64,000 nucleotides of DNA from Planctomycetota bacterium (GTDB taxonomy: Bacteria; Planctomycetota; GCA-002687715; CAIWVZ01). The stretch spans positions 224,001 through 288,000 of the forward strand of contig JBGANV010000006.1 of assembly GCA_044222185.1 (NCBI GenBank), written 5' to 3'. Position 1 is the stretch's first letter. Each line of letters starts with the position of its first letter. The notes below the pieces were generated by a model, which worked only from the letters and a program-made list of their open reading frames with translations, made no database searches and had not been told where the DNA came from. Of this stretch, positions 8,086 to 18,599 are shown in pieces. The translations under genes and the position numbers were made by a program.

Positions 8086-9624
8086 TCACAGCCCGGCCGA
8101 CAAGCGCCGGAAGTGATAGCCCATGATCGCCAGCTCCATCGCGTGAGCGAACTGGCTGGGGCGTTCGAGCAGGGTCGTCCAGAAGAACCGCCAGTACGCT
8201 CGGCGTCCCCGGTGGCGGGCGCCGAGGAGCCAGAGCGATTTGACGAATCCCCGGAAATCGGAAAGCGAGAGCCGAAGCCGTGGAGTTCGCTCCCGGTGGT
8301 TCTCGAGGAACGTCCGCACGCGCCGGTAGAACGCGCGCGGCTCGTAGAGCTTCACCATCAGCTCGCGATATCCGTTCAGGAGGAATTCGCGCCCCAGCCT
8401 GGGAACGAAGTTCAGCGAAGCCGGCGTATTGCTGCCGGCGCTCGGCGCTTCGATCCGCCCTTCGAGTTCCAGGCGCCGATGCAGCCGCGTGTGCGGGAGC
8501 GCGGTGAGCAAGCCCACCATCGCCGACACCACTCCCGATCGCTGGATGAAGTCGAACTGACGTTTGAAGATGTCGTGCGTGTCGCTGTCGAATCCCACGA
8601 TGAAGCCGCCCATGACTTCCATGCCGGCGCGTTGGATCGTTCGCACCGCCGCGACGAGATCCCTGTCGTTGTTCTGGAACTTGTTGCACTCGGCGAGGCT
8701 TTCGGCGACCGGCGTCTCGAGGCCGACGAAGACCTTCTTGAAGCCGGCACGCCGCATCAGCTCGCAGAGCTCGGGATCGTCCGCGAGGTTCACCGATGCT
8801 TCCGTCAGGAATCCCATGGCGGCACCGGTTTGCTGCCGCCACGCGATGATCGCGTGCAGGAGTGCCTTGGTCTTCTTCTTGTCACCGATGAAGTTGTCGT
8901 CGACGACGAAGACCATCGCCTTCCATCCCTGGATGCGTAACTCCTCGAGCTCGGCGACGAACTGATCGGGGCCCTTCGTGCGGGGGACGCGCCCGTTCAT
9001 CACGACGATGTCGCAGAACTCGCAGTCGTATGGGCAGCCCCGCGAGAACTGGGCTGGCATGGTGACGTAATGACGGAGGTCGATGAGGTCCCACCGGGGG
9101 ATGGGAACGTGCGCGAGGCTCGGGCGGGCTTCCGCGCGATACTCGCGACGGACGGAACCGCGGCGCATGTCGTCGATCAATGCGGGCATGAGTTCCTCGG
9201 CTTCGCCGACGACGACGTGGTCGACCTCGGGGAATTCAGCCCAGCCGGACATGAAGAGCGGACCCCCCGCGACCACGGGCCTTTTCGCGCGGCGTGCGCG
9301 CGCGGCGATCCGCAGCGCCGAATCCCTGTGAACGATCATGGCGCTCAGAAAGACGTAGTCCGCCCACGCGATGTCTTCGTCGCGCAGCGGGGTGACGTTC
9401 GTGTCGACGAGCTTCAGCTCCCAATCGCGCGGCAGCATCGCGGCGACCGTCAGGAGTCCCAACGGCGGGAACGCCGAGCGCCGCGCGACGAGGCGGAGCA
9501 CGTGACGGAAACTCCAGAACGTCTCCGGATTCTCGGGGTAGACCAGGAGGACACGGAGGGGAGCGGACGTCGTCGCCCGTTCGCCCAGGTCGATCCGTCG
9601 GGCTTCAGTGCAGTTCCCTTGCAT
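8086..9624 (-). CDS. B12-binding radical SAM protein with DUF4070-type C-terminus (class B methylase-like)
   Basis: 'PPLGLLTVAAMLP' B12-binding region; 'SRGCPYDCEFC' CxxxCxxC; 'VDDNFIG', 'GGFIVGFDSD'; start uncertain. Confidence 0.9.
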   Translation of the reverse strand: MQGNCTEARRIDLGERATTSAPLRVLLVYPENPETFWSFRHVLRLVARRSAFPPLGLLTVAAMLPRDWELKLVDTNVTPLRDEDIAWADYVFLSAMIVHRDSALRIAARARRAKRPVVAGGPLFMSGWAEFPEVDHVVVGEAEELMPALIDDMRRGSVRREYRAEARPSLAHVPIPRWDLIDLRHYVTMPAQFSRGCPYDCEFCDIVVMNGRVPRTKGPDQFVAELEELRIQGWKAMVFVVDDNFIGDKKKTKALLHAIIAWRQQTGAAMGFLTEASVNLADDPELCELMRRAGFKKVFVGLETPVAESLAECNKFQNNDRDLVAAVRTIQRAGMEVMGGFIVGFDSDTHDIFKRQFDFIQRSGVVSAMVGLLTALPHTRLHRRLELEGRIEAPSAGSNTPASLNFVPRLGREFLLNGYRELMVKLYEPRAFYRRVRTFLENHRERTPRLRLSLSDFRGFVKSLWLLGARHRGRRAYWRFFWTTLLERPSQFAHAMELAIMGYHFRRLSAGL

Positions 9625-10181
9625 TCCGTCGTCTCCAAGCGGCGCCGGCCGAGCACGATCGGAGGTTCCTCGATCGAGGTCGGCGCTCTGGTTCCCGGCG
9701 CGCGTCCGGTCGCCCCGGACGCGCGATCAGGGCACGCGTGACACGGACGGTCATCCCGATCTCTCGGAGATGGTACACGCGATCGATGGCGGCTGCGGTT
9801 CACGGCGGCGCAGGTCCACGGTGACGGACGCGCGCCGTTCCGTTGAGCCTTCGTCGCAGTCGCTGGACGATTGCCGGCGCCGTGGACATGGCGGCGCGCG
9901 TTCGAGGGGTGACGGGTTCGGGGTCGTGCCGCGCGGCCCGGATTCGGCGGTGCGATCTCAGGCGTGTCGGAGTGGTCCCGTGCGCCGAGGTCCAAAGTAG
10001 CTGAGGCCGTCGAGCACCTCCCCACGGGCGAACGCCTCGGTGGTTCTCGGCTCGCATGGCCACCGCGATCGGGCGGCGTGCGCTCGGCGACCGGGACGGC
10101 GCACGGTCCGAGTCGACCGGATCCCGACGCGCCTCCCGCAGCCCACGGCGTCTGCGTGTGCTGCGATAGACTGCACCGCCC

Positions 10182-10766
10182 ATGCTGGTCGGCGAACCGA
10201 AGTCATTTGCGATCGAGTCCGAAGTGACGGAGTTCGTGCCACACCGGAGCCAGATCGGGCTTGGCTGCTTCAACGTTCATGTCGCGGGGCACCGATTCGG
10301 AGTGATGGCGCCGGATGCGTCGATGCTCGGGTGTTCGTACGCGGAGGTCGGCCGGCGCTTGCAGCGGCGGGGAACCCATCGCGCCGCCGTCGCGTTCACG
10401 TGTTCGGCGGACTCGATCGCGACGCTGTGGATCGCGCATCGGTATCCGCCGGCACTCGTTGGCCCCGAGCCGACGCCGACCGAGGTCGACGCCGTCGCGG
10501 AGATGGTCGCGAATCACACGGATTGGGCACCCGACGGCGACGAAGCGTTCGACGACGGCAGTCACGTGCTTCAGTTCGATCTCGAGGAGAGCGTGCGACT
10601 GGTCGGGTTCCGCACCGACGGGACCTGGGCGCCGAGGGATGGCCTCGTCGCGGACGCCTGGATTCCGGCGGGCGACTACTACGAAGTCCTGCGCGAGTGG
10701 CGCGAGCGGTTCGAGCTCGCCTGGCTCCGCAACCTGCGCGGGAACCCGGACAGCGCCTCCCCGTGA
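10182..10766 (+). CDS. Immunity protein, Imm42-like
   Basis: 'MLVGEPKSFAIES...LGCFNVHVAGHRFGV..PDASMLGCS', 'DEAFDDGSHVLQFD...VRLVGF' match the Imm42 pattern as I recall it. Confidence 0.7.
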   Translation: MLVGEPKSFAIESEVTEFVPHRSQIGLGCFNVHVAGHRFGVMAPDASMLGCSYAEVGRRLQRRGTHRAAVAFTCSADSIATLWIAHRYPPALVGPEPTPTEVDAVAEMVANHTDWAPDGDEAFDDGSHVLQFDLEESVRLVGFRTDGTWAPRDGLVADAWIPAGDYYEVLREWRERFELAWLRNLRGNPDSASP

Positions 10767-11018
10767 GCGGCGGTGAGTCGTTGCCGGGCATGGTCAGGCG
10801 TGGTCTGGTCGAGCGACGCGGCGAAGCCTCGACGTCAGTGGACACTGGATCGACGCGGCGACGGCGGCGCCGCGACGCCTCCACGTTCGACGGTTGACCG
10901 ACCGGCAGGCCGGACCACGGGAGGGGCCGCCGGGTTCGGCAGTCGCCCCGGTGGCGGCCGGTTCGCGGTGGCGTCATTGCTTGCGCAGCGCCGCGGCGGC
11001 GCGCCCCGTGCGAAGGCC

Positions 11019-14000
11019 TCACTCCAACAGCAGCTCCCCGAACTGTGACGAGTCCTTCGTGCCCGTCAGGCCCGGTGTCCACTCGGTCGCGCCACGGTAG
11101 CCATCCCCGTCGTTGTCGTTCGCGATGAAGCCGAAGCCCAGGCGTGTGCCAGGCGTCAGCGTCACGCGGGGGAGGACCGTCGAGGGGACGACGAATTCGT
11201 AGACGATGTGGCCGTCGTCTCGCTTGACGATCCCCACGGGGGCGTCGACCACGCGCCCCGTCTTGCCGCCGTCACCGCCATACCAGCACCAGACGATGGG
11301 ACCTTCGATCGTCAGCGCGGCGCCGAACTCCAGATCGCGGGCGTCGTACCCCAGCGACGTCGACGGAGCGACGGAGACGGCGATCTGCACCGAGTCTCCC
11401 TTCCAGCACGAGGTGCCGATCTCGGGTTGACAGAACACGTCGTCCGTCACGTCGATGGCGACCGCGAGTCCCGTGGCGCCATAGCGGACGGCTCCGCGCA
11501 TGGACCCGAGCTTGCCCTGGACCGACGCGAACTCCTCCGGCGCCCAATCGGAGAGGTCCCCGTCGGCTTTCACCTTGTCGATGGTTGGTCTTGCGTGCAG
11601 CTCCGGCGCGACCGTGTACGCGACCGTCGTGGTCGCGCCCTCGCCGACTCGCGCACGCAGGTCTCCTCGCGTCGGTCCACCGGTGCGCGTGAGTTCGAAG
11701 TCGGTCGTCTGTACGGCGTGTCGCTCGTGGCGCACGGACGTCTGCCCGCCGCGCGTGACGGCGATCCCCCCCGGCGCCTCGATCGTCACGTCCGCGGCCG
11801 GTCCTTCACCGAGCGAGAGCGCGCTGACCGTGACCTTCGTCGGCTGACCGTCACGCAGCCGGATCCGATCGCCGCTGAATCGGAGGACCCGCTCTTCACG
11901 ACGCGTGACGATCCCGATGGTCTCGCCGTACGTGATCGTGCCGCCGGCGCAGAACCGCAGAAGCGCGAAGCTTGGCGGCAGGCGGTCGCCGACGTGAGCG
12001 TCCACGGTGATCGAGCCGCGCGGCGGGATCGTCAGCGTCCGGCGCCATGCGGGGACGTGGGGCCACGACACGAACGGCATGAGCCACGTCGCCACGCCCG
12101 TGATCGGCCCGTCGGTGAGGTTCTCGATCCGGGCGCGGATCTCGGTCCCCGCGACGGCGAGGGGCGCCGCGTTCTCGATCGCGACCACGGGCGCGTCGGC
12201 ACTCACGCCCGCGCAGACGGAGAACGAGCCCGTCACGGTGCGGCCCGATGGAATCGTCGCGATCACCGTGACGAGGGAGCGACCCGGCGGCGCGTCAGGC
12301 TTGCGGCGGAACTTCAGCGTGATGGTCTCGCGGCCCCCGGCGGCGACGCTCAGTGAGGATTTCGACAGCGTGACCTGAAGGTTCTGGGGTGCCTCCACCG
12401 CGAGAATCAGCTCCGCGCTTGCCTCCCGTCGGTCGTTCAGGACGTCGACGCTGACTGCGTGCTCGTCCGCGTCGTTCGCGTCGATCGCCAGGATGCCGTT
12501 CTTTGGCGACGGGACGACGCTGATCATCCCGTTGCCCGTGACGCCCTCCGCGAGATTCTCGCGCCAGTAAGCGGATGGACTGCGGTCGCCTTCCGTCGGG
12601 TCGAGCGATGGTGCATCGGCGTCGGCCTCGCGCGCGTCCAACTCGGCGAGCACGGTGACGACGGCGTTCGATCCGATGGGAACCTCCACGGCGTCGCCTT
12701 TCACCGTCAGCGATCGCAGTGGGGTCTCGAGCAGGTCCGTGATCCACACCTGCTTGAGCGGATGACGGAACGCGATCTTCGCCGTGTCGTCGCGCAGGCG
12801 GCTGTTCCAAAGCCGCAAGACGACCCGCTTCGGACCCGGTGCGGACGTGCGATGCTCCCATTTCGCTTCTGGATTGCCCGCAGCCTTCAACGCCTGAAGC
12901 AGGACGCCGCGGGGCTCGACGCGCACGAACTCGGCGCGCCGACCCAGGGGGCCTTCGTGCTTCGCCTCCAGTCGAGACAGCGCCGGTTGATTGAACGCCT
13001 GCGCATGCCACGGGAAGTCGGCCTCGCGCCAGTCGCCGAAGCCAAACTGGAGAGCGTAGTGGAACACGTGCGTGCCGTGCATCGTCTCGAAGGGTGCGCC
13101 GTCGGGAAGGCGTCGCGCGGGCGGATCGATCCAGAGTCCGGACGGCCAGCCCGTCGTGCTGCGAAGGAGGTTCAGCCCGAGCCCATGCACCTGGGAAACG
13201 TGTCCGGAGATGGCGCCGTTCGAGATCACGACCATGGACGTGGGCCCGACCGGATCCTGCATCCGGTCCCGCACGAGCCCGACGTCTTCGAGCTTCTCCA
13301 TGCGGATGACCTTCAAGTCGCCGGGAACGGCACTCTCCGGAAGCTCGTCGGCCGGTCCGACGAGGATGCGAAGCCCGGGATGGTCCGAATCGAGTTTCAG
13401 ATCTCCATAGCGGCGCGCCGTCGACCGCGTGATCGTGGACGTCACACCCGCACGCCCGAGTCGCCGCGCGATCGCGTTGGCGAGTTCCCATCGCTCGGCC
13501 GCCGCGGTGGACGCCACGACGATCTCGGCGATCGCCGGGGTCGCGGGCGAGCTCGCGAGCCCGAAGAATTGGCTGAACGTCTCGTCGAGAGTCCATGGGT
13601 CCTGTGAAACGTCGACGTCGCGGCTGAACGGACGCCCCACGATGGCCGCCGCCGTTTCGTAGATGGGTGCCGCTCCATCGGCGCGCAGGTTCGCGGCGAA
13701 CTCGGCCCGAAGGAGCTTGTCCTTGCCCTTCCAGTCGATGATCTCGGTCGTGAACTCGATGCGGGGGGCGTCGGGCGCGAGGCGGATGTGCTCGCGCTTG
13801 GTGAAGTCGGGATAGGTCGCGACGACGACGATCTCGTCGGGGTGCAACGGGTCAGGCGGTTGCACCACGGCCGGCACGTCGTTCGGCTCGTAGCGGCGGC
13901 CCGTCGTCGCGATGTGCCACGGGCCTTCGCCCTGGCCGGGGAGGATCGGGTACTCATCCAGTTCGACGATCCGGTTGCACGGACCGGACCAGATCGACTT

Positions 14001-15824
14001 TCCCGTCGGCTTCCAGACGACGTCTCTGACCAGCCCGCCCATTCGGGGCGTGACCACGAGCCGCAGCCAGAAGTTCTCGATCGTTCCGTCGCTTCCGGGC
14101 GGCGTCGGCGCGCTCGAGGGCGGGCTCACGACGAATCCCACCGCCGGCAGGTCGCTCACGAACGTGTCCGCGTCGGACGAACCAGTTCGCACCAGGCGAG
14201 TGGAGGCGCGTGGCGCTCCGAGCGTGTTCCACACGGCGAGCGCCGGCTGGCTCGACGCCGTGTCCATCCTCCCGCCGAGGTAACTCATCGCCCGCTCGCG
14301 GATCGACGCCGCGAGGTCCAGGCAGTCGTGATACGCCGCCATCACGTCCAGGTAGACCTGGTCGGACATGGATCCCGTGACGCCGTCGTGATGCGCGCAG
14401 AAGAGCAGCTGTCGCCAGCAGCGATCCAGCCCCAGCGAGGGATAGGGCGCCCCTTCGAGCCACGCGATCGTGGCCAGGATCTCGGCGTCGCGCAGCGTCG
14501 TCTCGCAGGCCCGGTTCGCGAGTTTCAGGTCGGCGAACGAGACCCCACAGCCAGTGTAGATCGGGTTCATGTCGCGCGTGATCGACGGCACGACGATCTT
14601 GCGGTCGGCCACCTCCTTGCGGACGGCAGCGAAGAACTCGTCGGGGCGATCGATCACGACCGTGGGGGACTCGTAGGTCGCGTTCCAGCGCTTGACGAGC
14701 GCACCCAGGTTGCGCATGGGGCGGATGAAGTCCGAGTGAAGCGGCAGCATCACGTGATGCGTGAGTGCGGGGCGCTTCAGGTCGTGAAACATGTCCGACA
14801 TCACGAGATCGCCGCGGCGGGGATCGTCCGGTGCGAGGTTCGTACCGCCGGCGAGCTGCGCGTATGCGTAGCCGTAATGGCCCGTCATGTAATGCGTGAG
14901 AACGCCCGTGCCGTCGGGTGAAACCCACTCGAACTCGGAAGGGAAGTTCACGAGGTCGCGCGCTATGCCCCACTGGTGGAACGGTCCGCGAGCGAAGGCG
15001 CCGGACGTATGGCCCGTCTGGGCCATGTACATGGGGAACGATGGATCGTGGCCGAACACGTCGCATTGCCAGAACACGCTCCCGTCGCCGCCGAGGACGT
15101 CGCGCTGGAACAGCGTTCCGTAGATTGCGTTGCGGGCGATCGCCTCGCCTGACACCAGCGTCGATTGGAGCTCGTTGTAGGTTCCGCCCACGAGCGCGGC
15201 GCGGCCGGAACGGATGGCGGCATGCAGCGCCTGGCGTCGATCCGGTCGGGCCTCCAGGAACGTCTTCAGGTAGGGGAGCTGGTGGAGGGCGACCTTGGCC
15301 GTGGAGTCTTCGTCGAGCAGCGCCAGGTACTCCTCGACGAGGCCGATGCCGGGCCCGTTCTGGGCGTCCTGGTAGCGGCCGTCTTCCACGTAGTGGGCCT
15401 GCGTGTTCCACCACACGGGGTCGAAATGGAACCCGGGGTTCAGATGCAGCGTCCAACCGCCGTCCGGAACCCCGTACTCGATGGAGCGTGACGTGACGTG
15501 GTCGCCTTCCGTGATCTCCGCGGTGGCCGTCGCGCGTCCATCCTTCGGCATGGGAACCGGGATCAGGAACCGGATGTCCGCCTGGTTCGGGTCAGGCTTC
15601 AGCTCGATCGGTTGCGCGGCGTCCGCGAGCACTCGGATGCGGCCGTCAGGCGACAGCGCGCGGCGGAGCTTCAGTTCGATGACTGCCGCCGGGCCACTGG
15701 CCGAGCGGGAGATGAGTTCCGTCGTCTTCAGATCGATCGGGCTCGAATCGCCTGGATTTTGAGCCGAAAGCGACACCAACGTGCACGCAGAGAACACGAG
15801 AGAACGCAGCGTGGGGGCAATCAT
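11019..15824 (-). CDS. Secreted GH38 alpha-mannosidase with NEW3-like Ig region and C-terminal CBM9-like sugar-binding domain
   Basis: Signal peptide LSA|Q; 'FHFDPVWWNTQ' Zn site; nucleophile region 'WQCDVFGHDP'; 'AHHDGVTGS'; tail 'DGDLSDW...VTDD...WKGDSVQIA...YEFVVP...ANDNDG'. Confidence 0.88.
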   Translation of the reverse strand: MIAPTLRSLVFSACTLVSLSAQNPGDSSPIDLKTTELISRSASGPAAVIELKLRRALSPDGRIRVLADAAQPIELKPDPNQADIRFLIPVPMPKDGRATATAEITEGDHVTSRSIEYGVPDGGWTLHLNPGFHFDPVWWNTQAHYVEDGRYQDAQNGPGIGLVEEYLALLDEDSTAKVALHQLPYLKTFLEARPDRRQALHAAIRSGRAALVGGTYNELQSTLVSGEAIARNAIYGTLFQRDVLGGDGSVFWQCDVFGHDPSFPMYMAQTGHTSGAFARGPFHQWGIARDLVNFPSEFEWVSPDGTGVLTHYMTGHYGYAYAQLAGGTNLAPDDPRRGDLVMSDMFHDLKRPALTHHVMLPLHSDFIRPMRNLGALVKRWNATYESPTVVIDRPDEFFAAVRKEVADRKIVVPSITRDMNPIYTGCGVSFADLKLANRACETTLRDAEILATIAWLEGAPYPSLGLDRCWRQLLFCAHHDGVTGSMSDQVYLDVMAAYHDCLDLAASIRERAMSYLGGRMDTASSQPALAVWNTLGAPRASTRLVRTGSSDADTFVSDLPAVGFVVSPPSSAPTPPGSDGTIENFWLRLVVTPRMGGLVRDVVWKPTGKSIWSGPCNRIVELDEYPILPGQGEGPWHIATTGRRYEPNDVPAVVQPPDPLHPDEIVVVATYPDFTKREHIRLAPDAPRIEFTTEIIDWKGKDKLLRAEFAANLRADGAAPIYETAAAIVGRPFSRDVDVSQDPWTLDETFSQFFGLASSPATPAIAEIVVASTAAAERWELANAIARRLGRAGVTSTITRSTARRYGDLKLDSDHPGLRILVGPADELPESAVPGDLKVIRMEKLEDVGLVRDRMQDPVGPTSMVVISNGAISGHVSQVHGLGLNLLRSTTGWPSGLWIDPPARRLPDGAPFETMHGTHVFHYALQFGFGDWREADFPWHAQAFNQPALSRLEAKHEGPLGRRAEFVRVEPRGVLLQALKAAGNPEAKWEHRTSAPGPKRVVLRLWNSRLRDDTAKIAFRHPLKQVWITDLLETPLRSLTVKGDAVEVPIGSNAVVTVLAELDAREADADAPSLDPTEGDRSPSAYWRENLAEGVTGNGMISVVPSPKNGILAIDANDADEHAVSVDVLNDRREASAELILAVEAPQNLQVTLSKSSLSVAAGGRETITLKFRRKPDAPPGRSLVTVIATIPSGRTVTGSFSVCAGVSADAPVVAIENAAPLAVAGTEIRARIENLTDGPITGVATWLMPFVSWPHVPAWRRTLTIPPRGSITVDAHVGDRLPPSFALLRFCAGGTITYGETIGIVTRREERVLRFSGDRIRLRDGQPTKVTVSALSLGEGPAADVTIEAPGGIAVTRGGQTSVRHERHAVQTTDFELTRTGGPTRGDLRARVGEGATTTVAYTVAPELHARPTIDKVKADGDLSDWAPEEFASVQGKLGSMRGAVRYGATGLAVAIDVTDDVFCQPEIGTSCWKGDSVQIAVSVAPSTSLGYDARDLEFGAALTIEGPIVWCWYGGDGGKTGRVVDAPVGIVKRDDGHIVYEFVVPSTVLPRVTLTPGTRLGFGFIANDNDGDGYRGATEWTPGLTGTKDSSQFGELLLE

Positions 15825-15939
15825 GATGGACCCTTCCGGGTTTTCTGGCCGCTCAGTTTGCACGGAAGCGTGCCGCCCTTCACGGTCGGAGCCCGGTTAC
15901 AATCCGCGCCTTCCATCAGGTCCACGAGAGCCACGCACC

Positions 15940-17013
15940 ATGCCGACCCCTGCCCGGTTCGCCCTCGTTCTACTCGTCACCATTTCCGCGCTCGCCCCCG
16001 CGCAGGTCGCGGCCAAGAACGGCATGCGCAAGGGCGAGTGGCGACCGAACGATGCTCCGCCTGGATGGAAGGTCTACACCATCGGGAACTATCAGTTCCA
16101 AAGCAACGCGACCGAGAAGGCGGTGAAGAAGGTCGGCGCCCACCTGAACGCCATGTTCAAGGTCTACATGGAGCGCTTCCCCACGGGGCGCACGATCACG
16201 AAGCAGTTCCCCGTGAAGATCTTCAAGGACCGCGACGGCTTCCTCGACTACGGCGCTCCTCCCATGGCTGCGGCGTATTACTCACCCGTCGACAAGGAGA
16301 TGGTTGGGTACGACACCGGCATGGTCGACGGCGAGATGACCAAGGGCGGAACGACCGGCAAGTCGATCCCCGGGCTCGAGGACCTGGAGCGCGCGCACAC
16401 CATGGACCTCATGGGAGTCATCGCGCACGAAGGGTGGCACCAGTACTTCCACTGGGTGTGCACGTCGAAGATCGCGTTCCCGTCCTGGTGCGACGAAGGT
16501 ATCGGAGAGTACTTCTACACGGCGCGCTTCAAGGACGGGAAGATCGAGCTCGGCGCGCCCAACACGATCCGCCTCGGGACGATCCAGTGGGCGATCAAGA
16601 AGCAGAAGTACATCCCGTTGAAGGACCTCGTCACCTTCGATCAGCAGAAGTACTACGCGCAGGCCGGACTGGCCTACGCCGAGGGCTGGTCGCTCGTCCA
16701 TTTCTGGAGCGAGCACCCTGATTACAAGAAGCAACGGCTCGTGTCGAAGTTCGTGACGACGTTCGCGGATCAACACTCCATCGACGAAGCCGTGAAGGCG
16801 ACGTTCACGAAGGTCGACTGGGAGAAGACCGAGAAGGACTGGAAGGCATGGGTCCTCGCCATGAAGTCGCCCGAAGACGCCGCCATGAAGAAGCTCGCCG
16901 AGATGTTCGGCAAGGACGTGGGCGATGACCCGACACCGACCGGTGCGAAGGAGAAGGACGGCGGCGAGCAGGCCCCGGAGTCCAAGCCTGCCGCCGATGA
17001 GAAGAAGCCGTAG
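15940..17013 (+). CDS. DUF1570-type secreted gluzincin metallopeptidase
   Basis: Signal peptide APA|Q; 'IAHEGWHQYF' HExxH plus 'WCDEGIGEYF'; 'YAEGWSLVHF'. Confidence 0.85.
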   Translation: MPTPARFALVLLVTISALAPAQVAAKNGMRKGEWRPNDAPPGWKVYTIGNYQFQSNATEKAVKKVGAHLNAMFKVYMERFPTGRTITKQFPVKIFKDRDGFLDYGAPPMAAAYYSPVDKEMVGYDTGMVDGEMTKGGTTGKSIPGLEDLERAHTMDLMGVIAHEGWHQYFHWVCTSKIAFPSWCDEGIGEYFYTARFKDGKIELGAPNTIRLGTIQWAIKKQKYIPLKDLVTFDQQKYYAQAGLAYAEGWSLVHFWSEHPDYKKQRLVSKFVTTFADQHSIDEAVKATFTKVDWEKTEKDWKAWVLAMKSPEDAAMKKLAEMFGKDVGDDPTPTGAKEKDGGEQAPESKPAADEKKP

Positions 17014-17037
17014 CCGGGGCGTGCACGCACGCGTTGC

Positions 17038-17511
17038 TCAGTCGCCGCGGATGGAAGGCGGCCAGAACGTGTCGACGAGGACGCGCAGCCGGCCGCTCGG
17101 CTCGCGTCGCCAGACGACGCTGAACTCGACGAACGAGATCGACTCGAGGCCCTGAGCGTTGCGCGTGGTCATGCGCGACCGTCCGCGCTGCACGAACAAG
17201 TCCTGGAACCCTTCCACGCCTAAGGTTTCGAGCTCCCAGGCCACCGGGTTGGCGATGCTGGCCCAGTAGGCGTCGATGGCCTGTCGGCCGGCGACGCGCA
17301 CGCCGTCCGCGCCGAGCAGGATTGCGTCGTCGGCATACACGGCTGCAACGGACTTCATGTCGCGTCTGGCGAAGTTCGCTTCCATCTGGCGGCAGACGGC
17401 GCCGATTTCATTCGCGACCGGGTTGGGCCGCGAATCACCGGACGTGCTGGCGCAGCCACAGAGCAGGACCACGAAACCAAGGGCGAAATGCGATGCGGGC
17501 GATAGGGACAT
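17038..17511 (-). CDS. SnoaL/DUF4440 (NTF2-like) lipoprotein
   Basis: Lipobox-like 'VVLLCGC'; 'AVYADDAILL...GRQAIDAYW', 'VVWRREPSG.LRVLVD'. Confidence 0.8.
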   Translation of the reverse strand: MSLSPASHFALGFVVLLCGCASTSGDSRPNPVANEIGAVCRQMEANFARRDMKSVAAVYADDAILLGADGVRVAGRQAIDAYWASIANPVAWELETLGVEGFQDLFVQRGRSRMTTRNAQGLESISFVEFSVVWRREPSGRLRVLVDTFWPPSIRGD

Positions 17512-17603
17512 CCGGGTCTCCAGGGATGCGGCTCTCGGAACTCTGCCGGCGTCGTCGTCGGCGCGGCGGATGATAGTCGCCGCGGCGCGACCGTGCGCGA
17601 GTT

Positions 17604-18599
17604 TCAATCCGGCCGGGATCGGCCGTCGGAATCGCGCGACAGGCTGCGATGCAGGACCACGAACGCGAGCACGAGTGCGCCCGCTACGATTCGCGTCCAC
17701 CACGAACTGAGGTTGCCCTGGAACGTGATGAGCGTTTGGACCAGCCCCAGGATCAGGACGCCGATGGCCGTGCCCACGACCGATCCGACTCCGCCCCGGA
17801 GCAGCGTGCCTCCGATCACGACGGCGGCGATCGCATCGAGTTCGAACCCCTTGCAGGCGGCTGGGTCGCCCGACTCCTGATAGAGGAGGAACAGGATTCC
17901 GGCGAGCGACGCGCAGGCGCCAGATACGACGTAGGTGCCGACGCGCGCCCGCCCCACGTCGACGCCGAGGAGACGCGCCGCCGCTTCGTCGGAGCCGACG
18001 GCGCGAACCGCGCGCCCGAAGCGAAGGTGCCCGAGGACGAAGGCCGCGAGCGCGAGGGCGGCCACGGCAACGTCGGCGATGATGGGAATCGTCGTCCCGT
18101 GCGGGCCAAGCGGGACGGACAGCGATGCGGTCTCGTTCAACGTCGTCGCGATGAACGGATGGCGGACGCCGAGCGACTGCGGGTACACGACGAACGCCAG
18201 GCCCCGCGCGGCGAACATGCCCGCCAGCGTGACCAGGAAGCCCGGGAGCCGGAACGCGTGGATCACGATCCCCTGCGCCAAGCCGAAAATCGCACCCGCT
18301 GCCAGCGCGACTCCCATGGCGGCGATGGGGTGCAATCCGTGGATCTCCACCAGCCGCGCCATGAGAATGCTCGTGAATGCGACCAGCGAGCCGACGGACA
18401 GGTCGATACCTCCGCCGAGGATGACGAACGTCATGCCGATGGCCGTGACGAGGAGGTACGAGTTGTCGACGACGAGGTTTCGAGTGACGCCGACCGACGC
18501 GAAGTTGGGATAGAGAATGGACCCGATCGCGAACGTCAGCAGCAGCACCAAGGCGCTGGCGACGACCGGATGCTCTCTCAGGAGGCGGAGGCGCGTCAT
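17604..18599 (-). CDS. yjfF: Sugar ABC transporter permease, YjfF-like (galactofuranose importer family)
   Basis: 'AIGMTFVILGGGIDLSVGS', 'FLVTLAGMFAARG', 'ELDAIAAVVIGGTLL.GGVG', 'GNLSSWWTRI'. Confidence 0.8.
   Translation of the reverse strand: MTRLRLLREHPVVASALVLLLTFAIGSILYPNFASVGVTRNLVVDNSYLLVTAIGMTFVILGGGIDLSVGSLVAFTSILMARLVEIHGLHPIAAMGVALAAGAIFGLAQGIVIHAFRLPGFLVTLAGMFAARGLAFVVYPQSLGVRHPFIATTLNETASLSVPLGPHGTTIPIIADVAVAALALAAFVLGHLRFGRAVRAVGSDEAAARLLGVDVGRARVGTYVVSGACASLAGILFLLYQESGDPAACKGFELDAIAAVVIGGTLLRGGVGSVVGTAIGVLILGLVQTLITFQGNLSSWWTRIVAGALVLAFVVLHRSLSRDSDGRSRPD

Noticed and set aside
8086-9624. Calling the B12 radical SAM protein HpnP (hopanoid C-2 methylase)
   Set aside because: It belongs to the same broad DUF4070 family, but I see no HpnP-specific signature and no hopanoid genes nearby; a phylogeny would be needed.
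9625-10181. Cobalamin riboswitch upstream of the B12 radical SAM gene
   Set aside because: Only a GC-rich hairpin (about 9698-9725) is seen; no recognisable B12-box core on the minus strand.
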